A stretch of DNA of 46,704 nucleotides from an uncultured Eubacteriales bacterium (GTDB lineage Bacteria > Bacillota > Clostridia > Oscillospirales > Acutalibacteraceae): assembly GCA_964402095.1 (NCBI GenBank), contig CAYOAW010000002.1, positions 1 to 46,704 of the forward strand, written 5' to 3'. This document shows, piece after piece, positions 37,007-46,071 of the stretch (positions are counted from its first letter, which is position 1; every line of letters starts with the position of its first letter). The notes beneath the pieces are model-generated. The model did not search any database. It saw only the letters and a list, made by a program, of their open reading frames with translations, and was not told the origin of the DNA. Position numbers and translations under genes: made by a program.

Positions 37007-37014
37007 GTGCTTCT

Positions 37015-37024
37015 GATTTGATCT
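37015..37024. repeat. right copy of the direct repeat GATTTGATCT
   Basis: See 34498-34507. Confidence 0.3.
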
Positions 37025-37146
37025 CTTAAAAATGTCAATAAAACCTTTTCAAAAATTTTAATAATATTAAAAAGATGAATTAAGTTAATATGCATCTTAT
37101 TGTTAAATTTAGAAAATGATAAAACATTTCATTTAAGCGTATCAAG

Positions 37147-37180
37147 TCCCCTGCCATTTTTAGTTGCAGGGGATTTTTTT
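37147..37180 (+). terminator. intrinsic terminator after the vWA gene
   Basis: TCCCCTGC-N11-GCAGGGGA, followed by TTTTTTT. Confidence 0.8.
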
Positions 37181-37190
37181 GTTCCGATTC

Positions 37191-37219
37191 TTGCATTTTG
37201 AAACCGAAAGGGATATAGT
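37191..37219 (+). promoter_or_regulatory. candidate promoter of the secreted PHP gene
   Basis: TTGCAT-N17-TATAGT. Confidence 0.45.
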
Positions 37220-37251
37220 AAATATTGTAAAAATGAAGGGGGCTTATCCAA

Positions 37252-38607
37252 ATGAAAAGAACTGCCAGAAAAATGCTTGCCGTCATGATTTGTGTAAGCA
37301 TGATCCTCCCGATAGGCTTTACCGGCGCCGGCGCCGTGCAAACCGCTGCCCCTGCCGCGCACGACTACACTATTATAAACCCCTACAAAGATGTCAACTG
37401 GAATACCTGGAAGCAATATAAAGCCGCTCTGCATACCCATACCATTGCCAGTGACGGCGCATCGAACCTGGACGAAATGGTGGAAAGCCATTACGCCCTG
37501 GGCTTTGATATTTTAGCAATAACCGACCATATGATCACAAATAAAGGCTGGAATGTCATGCCTCAGCTTGTTCCGTTAATGACCGCCGCAAAAAAAGAAA
37601 GGAACGCCGGCAGAACTGTTGTTCCGCTGACAGACGCGCGTTACCGGGAAATTCTGACCGGCGCAGACAGAGGCGGACGCGGTATGCTTGATGTTCCTTT
37701 CGGTGTAGAGCTTAACGGCGCGGTTCCCCGCGATACGCATGTCAACGGTCTGTTTGTTAATTACGGGCAGGGCCTGCTGGGCGTTTCCGGCGACTATGAA
37801 ACCCCTGTAAGGGAAAACGGAAAACTCGGGGGAATAACTTTTCTCAACCATATCGGCAATTTTACCGAAGCCTGGGATAAAAGAGACCCCGGTATCTCGA
37901 AAGATCCAAAATATGTCAACAAGTTTGCCCGGATTTTCTTGGACTATCCCTCCTGCATAGCAATGGATATTAACAGCGGGGAGGATGCCCACACGCCTTA
38001 CGACAGAATTCTTTGGGACGAAGTGCTGCAAAAAACAATTCCTAACGGCAGAAATGTTTCGTGCATCACCTTCAGCGATTCCCATGGAGTCGACCAGAAC
38101 AACCGCGCTTTTACTTTGATGATGGAACCTGAAAATACCGTAGCAGCTTTAAGAACCTGTCTGGAAACCGGCGCGTATTTCGGTGTCAGCACCCATGCCA
38201 GATATGAACTCGGCGATGAATTCAACGGCACCGGCCCAACCCCGGCTGTAACGAAAGTCGATGTAGATCAAAACGGTGACAGTATCACACTTACCGGCAT
38301 CAACTATGACAAAATCACCTGGGTTTCAAACGGAAACATCATTGCGAATGGCGAAACAATCAGACTTGACGCCTGTGATGATTTAGGTTGCTATGTCAGG
38401 GCTTATATGACCGGGCCTGGCGGTATCTGCTACACACAAGCCTTCGTTATCACAGCGCCGGATATTAAATGGGATGTGCCTTCAGTCCCCAAAATAACGA
38501 TTGATTACAGCCAAATCTTAAGAGCGTTGGTAACCGTTCTTGACAAACTGCTTTTCAGCAGAAGCATTGCCGTAAAGCTCTTCAAACATTTTGCTCTTGG
38601 AATTTAA
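37252..38607 (+). CDS. secreted PHP-domain metallohydrolase
   Basis: Signal peptide MKRTARKMLAVMICVSMILPIGFTGAGA. PHP motifs ALHTHTIASDG, AITDH and FSDSH. Confidence 0.7.
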   Translation: MKRTARKMLAVMICVSMILPIGFTGAGAVQTAAPAAHDYTIINPYKDVNWNTWKQYKAALHTHTIASDGASNLDEMVESHYALGFDILAITDHMITNKGWNVMPQLVPLMTAAKKERNAGRTVVPLTDARYREILTGADRGGRGMLDVPFGVELNGAVPRDTHVNGLFVNYGQGLLGVSGDYETPVRENGKLGGITFLNHIGNFTEAWDKRDPGISKDPKYVNKFARIFLDYPSCIAMDINSGEDAHTPYDRILWDEVLQKTIPNGRNVSCITFSDSHGVDQNNRAFTLMMEPENTVAALRTCLETGAYFGVSTHARYELGDEFNGTGPTPAVTKVDVDQNGDSITLTGINYDKITWVSNGNIIANGETIRLDACDDLGCYVRAYMTGPGGICYTQAFVITAPDIKWDVPSVPKITIDYSQILRALVTVLDKLLFSRSIAVKLFKHFALGI

Positions 38608-38619
38608 CTGTTATTCAAT

Positions 38620-38651
38620 AGGGGATTGCTTCGCTTTTGAGGCAGTCCCCT
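38620..38651 (+). terminator. terminator-like hairpin after the PHP gene
   Basis: AGGGGATTGC...GCAGTCCCCT (one G-U pair), followed by TTTAAAAAAA. The U-tract is short. Confidence 0.5.
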
Positions 38652-38669
38652 TTAAAAAAAGATATATAG

Positions 38670-38681
38670 ATCTGTATTTTT
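38670..38681. repeat. 12-nt direct repeat ATCTGTATTTTT, copy 1
   Basis: Identical 12-mer at 38789-38800. Confidence 0.5.
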
Positions 38682-38788
38682 GCCCCACAGCCTTTGGGCT
38701 GCGGGGCAGTATTCGTTGCAGCAAATACGGTTAACTGTTTATCTTCGGCTGCAGATACGGTGATAACCTTGTTTGCCGATAAAAATAT

Positions 38789-38800
38789 ATCTGTATTTTT
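38789..38800. repeat. 12-nt direct repeat ATCTGTATTTTT, copy 2
   Basis: Identical 12-mer at 38670-38681. Confidence 0.5.
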
Positions 38801-38908
38801 ATCGCGGATTAGTATTATAAATACAAAAAAATATATTATAATATATTTTTAAGGTACTGTATCAGCTAAAAGAAGAGTATCAATTTCAACAAACAGAAAA
38901 GAGTAACT

Positions 38909-40585
38909 ATGGATCAAGTCAAATTTTCAAGCATTTCGATTTCGGACGATTTAAAGCGCAGCATAACCGAGATGGGTTATGACGAAGCTACTTCAATTCA
39001 GTCGGAAAGTATTCCGCTTATTTTGGAAGGCAGGGACATCATCGGGCGCAGCCAGACAGGCAGCGGCAAAACTGCCGCATTCGCATTGCCTGCAATTGAT
39101 ATGGTTGATACTTCCGTCAGCCGTAAAATTGTGCAAGTGTTAATTTTATGTCCGACGCGTGAACTTGCACAGCAAGCATCCAATGAAATAAAGAAATTCG
39201 CAAAGTATAAAAATGGGATCAATGTTGCCGCCATTTATGGCGGCGAGCAGATCGGGCTTCAAATAAACAGCTTGAGGCAAGGCTGTCAGATTGTTGTAGG
39301 CACGCCCGGCAGAGTAATGGACCATTTACGAAGAAAAACTTTGCAGCTTCATAATATAAAAATGGTTGTCTTGGATGAAGCCGATGAAATGCTTAATATG
39401 GGATTTGTCGACGATATCGAAACAATTTTATCCGAAACACCGGATGACCGCCAAACAGTCTTATTCTCGGCAACCATGCCGGCCTCTGTCTTGGCAATAA
39501 CAAAGAAATTTCAAAAAAATCCGCAAATGGTTGAAATAAAGCAGGCACAGAAGACCGTTTCCACAATCGAGCAGTTCTTTTTCAACTGCCCGAAAGGGCA
39601 AAAAACAGCAGCATTATGCCGGTTGCTGGAATATTACAAGCCAAGTTCAACCATTATTTTTTGCAACACAAAATTGATGGTTGATGAGCTGATTTTGGAG
39701 TTGAAAAAATCCGGTTACCATGCGCAGGGTCTGCACGGGGATATGCGGCAATCAGCCAGAACTCAGGTCATGAACCAGTTTAAAAAAGGGCTCTTTGATA
39801 TTCTTGTAGCCACAGATGTTGCCGCCCGCGGAATAGATGTGGATGATGTTAAAATCGTTTTTAATTATGATTTGCCCGCAGATGATGAATACTATGTTCA
39901 TCGCATCGGCAGAACCGGCCGTGCCGGAAAATCCGGGCAAGCCTTCACACTGATCCAGGGAAACCGGCAGCTGTCGCAGCTGAAAAACACGATGTGCTAT
40001 ACAAAATGCAACATTATACAAAAGAGTCTGCCAACCTTGCCGGAGCTGATCAATCAGCAGACAGCTGTACTGTGCGCCGAAATTTCAGCCTTTATGGAGA
40101 AAAATGATTTCGCCCCATATATTGCTGCCGTGGAGGGGCTTATGGGCGAAAAATATACCGCGGCGGACATAGCAGCGGCAATGATTGCTATGAATACTAA
40201 ACAAAAAGTACCGTCGGAAGATTTTCCTGCCGGTTTTAATGAGTTTGATATGAAAGAAGAACCCTTTGGCAGGCAGCAGCGGAATACGGGAAGAAACGGA
40301 CAAAAGAGTAATGGGCAAAAAAGCCTTCCGGGCTTAAAAAAGCGCGAGTACAATGACGAGAATATGACCGGTGTCAGGATTTCCATCGGAAGAAAAGACA
40401 GAATTACGCCAAATCATATTCTGGGAGCGGCAGCCGGTGAAACGGGCCTGCCCGGAAAGGTTTTCGGAGCTATATCGATTCAGGACACTTACTCGGTTAT
40501 TGATGTCCCAAAAGAGCATAAAAAAATCGTGGTTCAGAAGCTGAATAAGTCCAAGATAAACGGCAAATTTATCACCGCGGAGTAA
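38909..40585 (+). CDS. DEAD-box ATP-dependent RNA helicase with a DbpA-type C-terminal RNA-binding domain
   Basis: Motifs SQTGSGKT, VLDEADEML, SAT and HRIGRTGRAG. Basic linker, then the GVRISIGRKDRITPNHILGA...INGKFI domain. Confidence 0.9.
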   Translation: MDQVKFSSISISDDLKRSITEMGYDEATSIQSESIPLILEGRDIIGRSQTGSGKTAAFALPAIDMVDTSVSRKIVQVLILCPTRELAQQASNEIKKFAKYKNGINVAAIYGGEQIGLQINSLRQGCQIVVGTPGRVMDHLRRKTLQLHNIKMVVLDEADEMLNMGFVDDIETILSETPDDRQTVLFSATMPASVLAITKKFQKNPQMVEIKQAQKTVSTIEQFFFNCPKGQKTAALCRLLEYYKPSSTIIFCNTKLMVDELILELKKSGYHAQGLHGDMRQSARTQVMNQFKKGLFDILVATDVAARGIDVDDVKIVFNYDLPADDEYYVHRIGRTGRAGKSGQAFTLIQGNRQLSQLKNTMCYTKCNIIQKSLPTLPELINQQTAVLCAEISAFMEKNDFAPYIAAVEGLMGEKYTAADIAAAMIAMNTKQKVPSEDFPAGFNEFDMKEEPFGRQQRNTGRNGQKSNGQKSLPGLKKREYNDENMTGVRISIGRKDRITPNHILGAAAGETGLPGKVFGAISIQDTYSVIDVPKEHKKIVVQKLNKSKINGKFITAE

Positions 40586-40603
40586 AAATGCAACAAAAAA
40601 AGA

Positions 40604-40635
40604 GGCTGTCTCATCATCAGAGGCAGCCGCTTTTT
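40604..40635 (+). terminator. intrinsic terminator of the helicase gene
   Basis: GGCTGTCTC-N7-GAGGCAGCC, followed by GCTTTTT. Confidence 0.75.
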
Positions 40636-40799
40636 AGTTTACAGGTTAAATCATTCGTTTTTGAATCAATAGCTCTATTTGAGTCGTCTGCGTTGTCTTA
40701 AAGTACACATACCCGGCTTTGTATAAAATTATTGCACCTAATAATATAATCAGAGTTTGCTACTAATTTTTTAGTTATTTGCCAGCTATGCTAAAATAA

Positions 40800-41168
40800 T
40801 TAAATATTAAACACAATACTGTCCACCATTGCTTTAATATCCGCATTGGTATTATAGCATTTGCCGCACATTTGAATTCTAATCTGCTCGCCGTTTTTAA
40901 CCGCCGAGTAAAACGACTGCTCTTTACCATAGGCTGTATAGGTAGTTGTGTAAAATTTCAATCCGCAAATCTCAGTTTGAATGATCGGCGAGCCGTTATA
41001 TTTTTGCGCAAGTTCTTCCAATAACTTCTTATCCTCTGCTTCGTTGAAATTATTGGCATGGACCTGAATCTGAAGAATTTCACCTGTCTTGCTTATAATC
41101 TGAATACCATCCGGAACATTCCTTTTCTCCCAGTTGTCTGCCAGCGTAATTTCGAATTTTCCCATCAT
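40800..41168 (-). CDS. hypothetical 122-aa cytoplasmic protein (orphan by eye)
   Basis: GAGG RBS 5 nt upstream. AT-rich surroundings. No motif recognised. Confidence 0.55.
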   Translation of the reverse strand: MMGKFEITLADNWEKRNVPDGIQIISKTGEILQIQVHANNFNEAEDKKLLEELAQKYNGSPIIQTEICGLKFYTTTYTAYGKEQSFYSAVKNGEQIRIQMCGKCYNTNADIKAMVDSIVFNI

Positions 41169-41437
41169 AAATACCTCACATTCAAATCATTACGGTTTGC
41201 TGCGATGCTTTTTATTATGTCCGAGTCAAAGAAATATTTTCGCCGGTCACTTAACCTTTTCACTAAAGTTTTAATAATTATTGAAATATTTTGTATATTA
41301 TATCACTATATAATTCTTTTGTCTATCTTTTTTATAAATAGTTTGAGGGGATGAAAATTCGACAATTATTTTGCCGAACATTCATCCCCAAAAAATGAGA
41401 AGTTAATTCTATTTCGTATTATTTTATATGCCCGGTT

Positions 41438-42838
41438 TTATTCCGCAAAAGCGCAAAAAGCCTTATACGCCATATATACATCGAGCTTGGAAACAACCTC
41501 ATAAGGCGAATGCATTGAAAGCACAGCCACGCCGACATCTACGACATCCACATTAAGATTCGCGATATATTGTGCTACCGTTCCGCCGCCGCCCTCATCC
41601 ACTTTGCCAAGTTCGCCGACCTGCCAGATTATTCCGGCGTCATCAAACAGTTTACGGACTTTGCCCATAAACTCGGCGCTCGCGTCCGAGGTTCCGCTTT
41701 TACCGCGGCTTCCTGTATACTTTGTAACGACAATGCCCTTATTTAGATATGAGGCGTTCATTTTTTCGTGAACTGACGGAAAAGTAGGGTCAAACGCTGC
41801 GTTTACATCAGCTGAAAGGCATTGGGAACGGCTGAGGATATCGCGGCCTTCCAAGCCCTCCTGCTTAGCGAGATCCTCTATGAAGTATTTCAGATATGAT
41901 GAGTTCAGCCCGGTATTGCCATCACTGCCCGTTTCTTCTTTATCCGTTAAAACGGTCACAACTGTAACTTCCGGCGCCTTGCACTCAAGGGCTGCTATAA
42001 GTGACGGATAGGCGCAAACCCTGTCATCATGGCCATAAGCACCGATCATACTGCGGTCAAACCCGATATCCGATGCACCGAACGCGGGTACAAGCTCCAG
42101 CTCGGCGCTTAAAAAATCCTCTTCGATGATACCGTACTTATCATTTAAAAGTTTTAAAACATTCAGTTTGACAAGATCACTGCCCTTGTCGCTTCTAAAA
42201 GGACGGCTGCCTATTAATATATTTAGTTCTTCTCCCTTTATTCCCTGCGAAAGCGTGCGCTTTGCCTGCTCCGCACCTAAATGCGGCAAAAGGTCTGTGA
42301 TGACAAATTTCGGTTCACTTTCCTTTTCGCCGATGCTGACTTGAAGAGATTTTCCGTTTTTAAGTATCATAACACCATGCAGTGATAACGGTATGGCGGT
42401 CCATTGGTATTTCTTGATTCCGCCGTAATAGTGCGTTTTAAGCAGCGCGAGCTCGCTGTCCTCATACAACGGTACCGGCTTCAGGTCAAGGCGCGGCGCG
42501 TCAATATGCGATGCAACTATCTTAACGCCCTCTCTTAAATTCCTTTTACCAAAAACAGCCAGAATAATTGCTTTGCCGCGGTTTATGGTATAAATTCTGT
42601 CACCGGCTTTGTACTTTTTGCTGCTGCTGAAAGGGACGAATCCGGCTTTCTTTGCGGCTGCTTGAGCAAAAGCTGTTGCTTCGCGCTCGGTTTTGCATTG
42701 GCTTAAAAACTTCTTGTACCCTTCGCAAAACATATCTGCTTTTTCAATTTCATCGTCTTGAAGGATTTGCGCGGCATTTTGCGGATTCATGCAAAGCTTT
42801 TCTTTTAACAGGTCAGCCGCCGATTTTTCCTCACACAT
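41438..42838 (-). CDS. M18-family (aspartyl/aminopeptidase I-like) zinc aminopeptidase
   Basis: 466 aa. Motifs VASHIDAPRLDLKP, GAYGHDDRVC, DKEETGSDG and SMHSPYE. AAGGAGAG RBS. Confidence 0.75.
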   Translation of the reverse strand: MCEEKSAADLLKEKLCMNPQNAAQILQDDEIEKADMFCEGYKKFLSQCKTEREATAFAQAAAKKAGFVPFSSSKKYKAGDRIYTINRGKAIILAVFGKRNLREGVKIVASHIDAPRLDLKPVPLYEDSELALLKTHYYGGIKKYQWTAIPLSLHGVMILKNGKSLQVSIGEKESEPKFVITDLLPHLGAEQAKRTLSQGIKGEELNILIGSRPFRSDKGSDLVKLNVLKLLNDKYGIIEEDFLSAELELVPAFGASDIGFDRSMIGAYGHDDRVCAYPSLIAALECKAPEVTVVTVLTDKEETGSDGNTGLNSSYLKYFIEDLAKQEGLEGRDILSRSQCLSADVNAAFDPTFPSVHEKMNASYLNKGIVVTKYTGSRGKSGTSDASAEFMGKVRKLFDDAGIIWQVGELGKVDEGGGGTVAQYIANLNVDVVDVGVAVLSMHSPYEVVSKLDVYMAYKAFCAFAE

Positions 42839-42880
42839 TTTTATCTCTCCTTGAATATAATTTTCACTGCCGTTTCGGTT

Positions 42881-43483
42881 TCATGCTTTTTCGTTTATCA
42901 GAGCCGTAAGTTTTTCGACTTCCGTTTGGACTTTTGATGGCGGATAGGCTCGCAAAACAATATCGGCTTTTTCTGTATATTTTTTTTCATCAAGCTGCGC
43001 TCGCATTCTTTTCAGCGTTTCCGGCCGGCTGAGTCCGTCCCGTTTCATAATTCTGCCGAGTCTTATATGTTCGGGCGCTGTTACCACCGCGATAATATCG
43101 CACAGCCCGGCTATGCCGCTTTCAAGCAAAGCGGCGGCATCGATTACCACTGCTTTTTCGCCCCGTTCTTCAGCCGCACGAATGATTTCAAGCGCTTTTC
43201 CGGTAATTGCCGGATGCGTTATATCATTCAGCTTTTTTGTCATTTCCCGTGAAGCGAAAGCGCGTGAACCAAGAAGTTTCCTGTTCAAATTCCCGCCGGC
43301 GTCAAGGATATCGGCTCCGAATTCCTCCGCCAGTTTTTTAAGAACCGGGGAACCGTTTGCTGTAACATCCCTTGCCAAAACATCACCGTCAACTACAAAA
43401 CAGCCTTTTTCCTCAAGCATGCCGGCAATGGTGCTTTTGCCGGCTCCGGTTTGGCCGGTAAGACCTATAATAATTGTTTTCAC
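42881..43483 (-). CDS. coaE: dephospho-CoA kinase
   Basis: P-loop IGLTGQTGAGKST. About 200 aa. The GTG start overlaps the sua5 stop (GTGA). Confidence 0.85.
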   Translation of the reverse strand: MKTIIIGLTGQTGAGKSTIAGMLEEKGCFVVDGDVLARDVTANGSPVLKKLAEEFGADILDAGGNLNRKLLGSRAFASREMTKKLNDITHPAITGKALEIIRAAEERGEKAVVIDAAALLESGIAGLCDIIAVVTAPEHIRLGRIMKRDGLSRPETLKRMRAQLDEKKYTEKADIVLRAYPPSKVQTEVEKLTALINEKA

Positions 43484-44511
43484 AATTCAATCACCTCGAA
43501 TGAAGCAGCCCGTAAAAGCCTGTTGTAAACAGCAAGGCCAAGACCTGAAGCAATGGGGCATCTGGCATAGACCTTGTCAGTCCCGGGTATTTCATCCACC
43601 GCACGAAGCGCGCCAAAAAGCTTTTGCGCCTGTTCGGCAGGTACATCCTCACGGCCGTAACTGACTGCCCGGACTGGCATCATCCGGTCCTCACCGTCGA
43701 AACAAAGGACTGCGGCAGACTCTGATGCGTTTTCTTTTACGAAATTAATAAAAGCCTCCAGAGAACCTTTAAGGATAACCACCCTTGCTTTGGGTGCATA
43801 GTGCTTGTATTTCATCCCGGGGGACGAAGGCTTTTCACCCGTTGCAAGTGAGCTGAACACAGCAGGATCAATGTCGATTTTGCCGAGTACTGCCTTAAGC
43901 TGCTCCGGTGTAATCCCGCCCGGCCTTAAAAGGCAAGGCGTTTTATCGGCAAGAGATATCACCGTCGATTCGACCCCAACCGTACAAACTCCGCCGTCGA
44001 TTACTGCATCGATTTTTCCGTTAAGATCGTTCAGCACATGTTTAGCAGAAGTTGGGCTCGGGCTCCCGGAAACATTCGCGGAGGGCGCCGCCAACGGCAA
44101 TCCTGCCGCTCGAATCAGTGCCCTTGCAATCGGATGCGAAGGCATACGGACAGCCACGGTGCTAAGGCCTGCGCTGACTTCAGCCGGAATAATGTCTGAT
44201 TTAGGCAGAATAACGGTTAAAGGTCCCGGCCAAAAGGCTTCAGCAAGTTTTAACGCCGCTTCCGGAATATCTTTTACAAGAGGATACCATCCGCTGAGTT
44301 CGCTGATATGTACAATAAGCGGATTGTCCTGAGGGCGGCCTTTTGCCTTGAATATCTTTGAAACAGCATTCCCGTCAAGAGCATTCGCCGCAAGGCCGTA
44401 CACTGTTTCGGTCGGAATTGCCGCTATGCCTCCGTTTTGGATGATCTTTGCTGCGGCATTCAGCTGCTCTGTATCCGCTGCGGTTTTAATTGTAAATATT
44501 TTTGTTTGCAT
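43480..44511 (-). CDS. tsaC: L-threonylcarbamoyladenylate synthase (Sua5/TsaC long form)
   Basis: YrdC-domain motifs IPTETVYGLAANA and APSANVSGSPSPT, plus a Sua5 C-terminal domain. Confidence 0.88.
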   Translation of the reverse strand: MQTKIFTIKTAADTEQLNAAAKIIQNGGIAAIPTETVYGLAANALDGNAVSKIFKAKGRPQDNPLIVHISELSGWYPLVKDIPEAALKLAEAFWPGPLTVILPKSDIIPAEVSAGLSTVAVRMPSHPIARALIRAAGLPLAAPSANVSGSPSPTSAKHVLNDLNGKIDAVIDGGVCTVGVESTVISLADKTPCLLRPGGITPEQLKAVLGKIDIDPAVFSSLATGEKPSSPGMKYKHYAPKARVVILKGSLEAFINFVKENASESAAVLCFDGEDRMMPVRAVSYGREDVPAEQAQKLFGALRAVDEIPGTDKVYARCPIASGLGLAVYNRLLRAASFEVIEL

Positions 44512-44592
44512 ATTTTCTTCCTGCTTAATTTATAGCAAAGCCTCTTTCAAGGAAAATCTCTTTCCGCGGCAAAGGCGCAATCCCGCCGAATT

Positions 44593-45660
44593 TTATTCGG
44601 CCTTCAGTTTCTCGGCTGTATCCGCGGTGATAAGGGCATCAATGATTTCATCCAAATCCCCGTTCAAAATTGATTCCAACCGGTAAAGCGTAAGACCGAT
44701 ACGATGATCGCTCACACGGCCCTGAGAATAATTGTAGGTACGGATTCTTTCGCTCCTGTCCCCTGTACCGACCTGGGACTTCCGTTCACCGGCAATGGCA
44801 TCCGTCTGCTTTTGCCGCTCGGCATCGAGCACCCTGGAACGCAGAATTTTCATAGCTTTGTCCTTATTTTTATATTGGCTGCGCTCATCCTGGCATTCAA
44901 CTACTGTGCCGGTCGGAAGATGCGTTATACGGATGGCGGAATCGGTGGTATTGACATGCTGCCCGCCCGCGCCGCTGGAACGGTAGGTGTCAATCTGCAA
45001 ATCACCCGGTTTTATATCAATATCCACTTCTTCGGCTTCGGGCAGGACGGCAACTGTTACGGTGGAAGTATGAATTCTGCCTTGGCTTTCCGTTTCAGGC
45101 ACACGCTGTACCCGGTGTACACCGCTTTCAAATTTAAAGCGGGAATACGCTCCCTCGCCTTCAATCATAAAACTTATCTCTTTAAAACCGCCAAGTTCTG
45201 TCTCGTTGGCATTAAGTATCTCGGGCTTCCAGTGTTTTGTTTCGGCATACATTGAATACATACGGAAAAGAGTGCCGGCAAAAAGAGATGCTTCCTCTCC
45301 CCCTGCTCCCCCTCTGATTTCAACAATAACATTTTTATCGTCATTCGGGTCAACCGGAAGCAAAAGAATTTTCAGTTCCTTATGAACTTTCTCAAGCGCC
45401 TCTTTCGAACTGTCAAGTTCTTCCTGAACCATTTCGTGGAAGTCTTTGTCAAGCCCGCCGCCGTCAAGCAAAGCTTTTGCTTCTCCCATTGTTGCTAGAA
45501 CAGAATTGTATTCCCGGTATTTTTCGACAACAGGTGTTAAATGCTTCGATTCCTGCATAAGTTTGCGGTATCTGCCCATATCAGCCATGACAACCGGATC
45601 GCAGAGTTCTCTGTTTATTTCCTCGAATCTTTCTTCGACTTTTTTCAATTTTTCAAGCAT
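44593..45660 (-). CDS. prfA: peptide chain release factor 1
   Basis: [11 protein letters not shown] (GGQ) and [14 protein letters not shown] (PxT). GGAGG RBS. Confidence 0.95.
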   Translation of the reverse strand: MLEKLKKVEERFEEINRELCDPVVMADMGRYRKLMQESKHLTPVVEKYREYNSVLATMGEAKALLDGGGLDKDFHEMVQEELDSSKEALEKVHKELKILLLPVDPNDDKNVIVEIRGGAGGEEASLFAGTLFRMYSMYAETKHWKPEILNANETELGGFKEISFMIEGEGAYSRFKFESGVHRVQRVPETESQGRIHTSTVTVAVLPEAEEVDIDIKPGDLQIDTYRSSGAGGQHVNTTDSAIRITHLPTGTVVECQDERSQYKNKDKAMKILRSRVLDAERQKQTDAIAGERKSQVGTGDRSERIRTYNYSQGRVSDHRIGLTLYRLESILNGDLDEIIDALITADTAEKLKAE

Positions 45661-45707
45661 ATTGGCCTCCGTAATGATGTGAATCGTTTGAATAAAACTG
45701 TCGGAGG

Positions 45708-45899
45708 CTAACCTTCTTTTTCTTCCCGTAATATCTTTTTTATATTTTTTTCAACCTTTACGCGGGGAACCATAACCTCTCTGCCGCAGCCTTCGCAGCG
45801 GATACGAAAATCCATCCCTATACGCAGCACATCAAAAAGGTTGCTGCCGCAAGGATGGGTTTTCTTCATCATTAATTTATCGCCGACACGGACATCCAT
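45708..45899 (-). CDS. DUF951-family small zinc-ribbon protein
   Basis: 63 aa, KKTHPCGS...RCEGCGRE. Confidence 0.75.
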   Translation of the reverse strand: MDVRVGDKLMMKKTHPCGSNLFDVLRIGMDFRIRCEGCGREVMVPRVKVEKNIKKILREEKEG

Positions 45900-46011
45900 T
45901 GTTTCGCCTCCGTAAAGGTACCGATATCACCGTTTTATTAAGATAAATTATATCATAACTCCTGCCTAATGTATACTTTCGCGCTTTAATTTAGGACGAA
46001 ATGAGCGAAAA

Positions 46012-46040
46012 CAGGCCGCCGAAACTGTTTCGGCGGCCTG
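46012..46040 (-). terminator. intrinsic terminator of the upstream surface-protein gene
   Basis: Perfect 13-bp stem CAGGCCGCCGAAA-CTG-TTTCGGCGGCCTG, with TTTT following on the minus strand. Confidence 0.8.
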
Positions 46041-46071
46041 AGCTATGGTTCGTTCAACAGGTTTCGCGCGG

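Noticed and set aside
37129-37491. 120-aa minus-strand ORF
   Set aside because: It is antisense to the start of the PHP gene and crosses the 37147-37180 terminator.
40645-41190. 8-nt repeat AAATCATT on both sides of the orphan 122-aa gene as possible insertion scars
   Set aside because: The repeat is too short and AT-rich to distinguish from chance.
43113-45255. Two 183-aa plus-strand ORFs (43113-43664 and 44704-45255)
   Set aside because: They are antisense to coaE/sua5 and to prfA respectively, all of which have strong family motifs.
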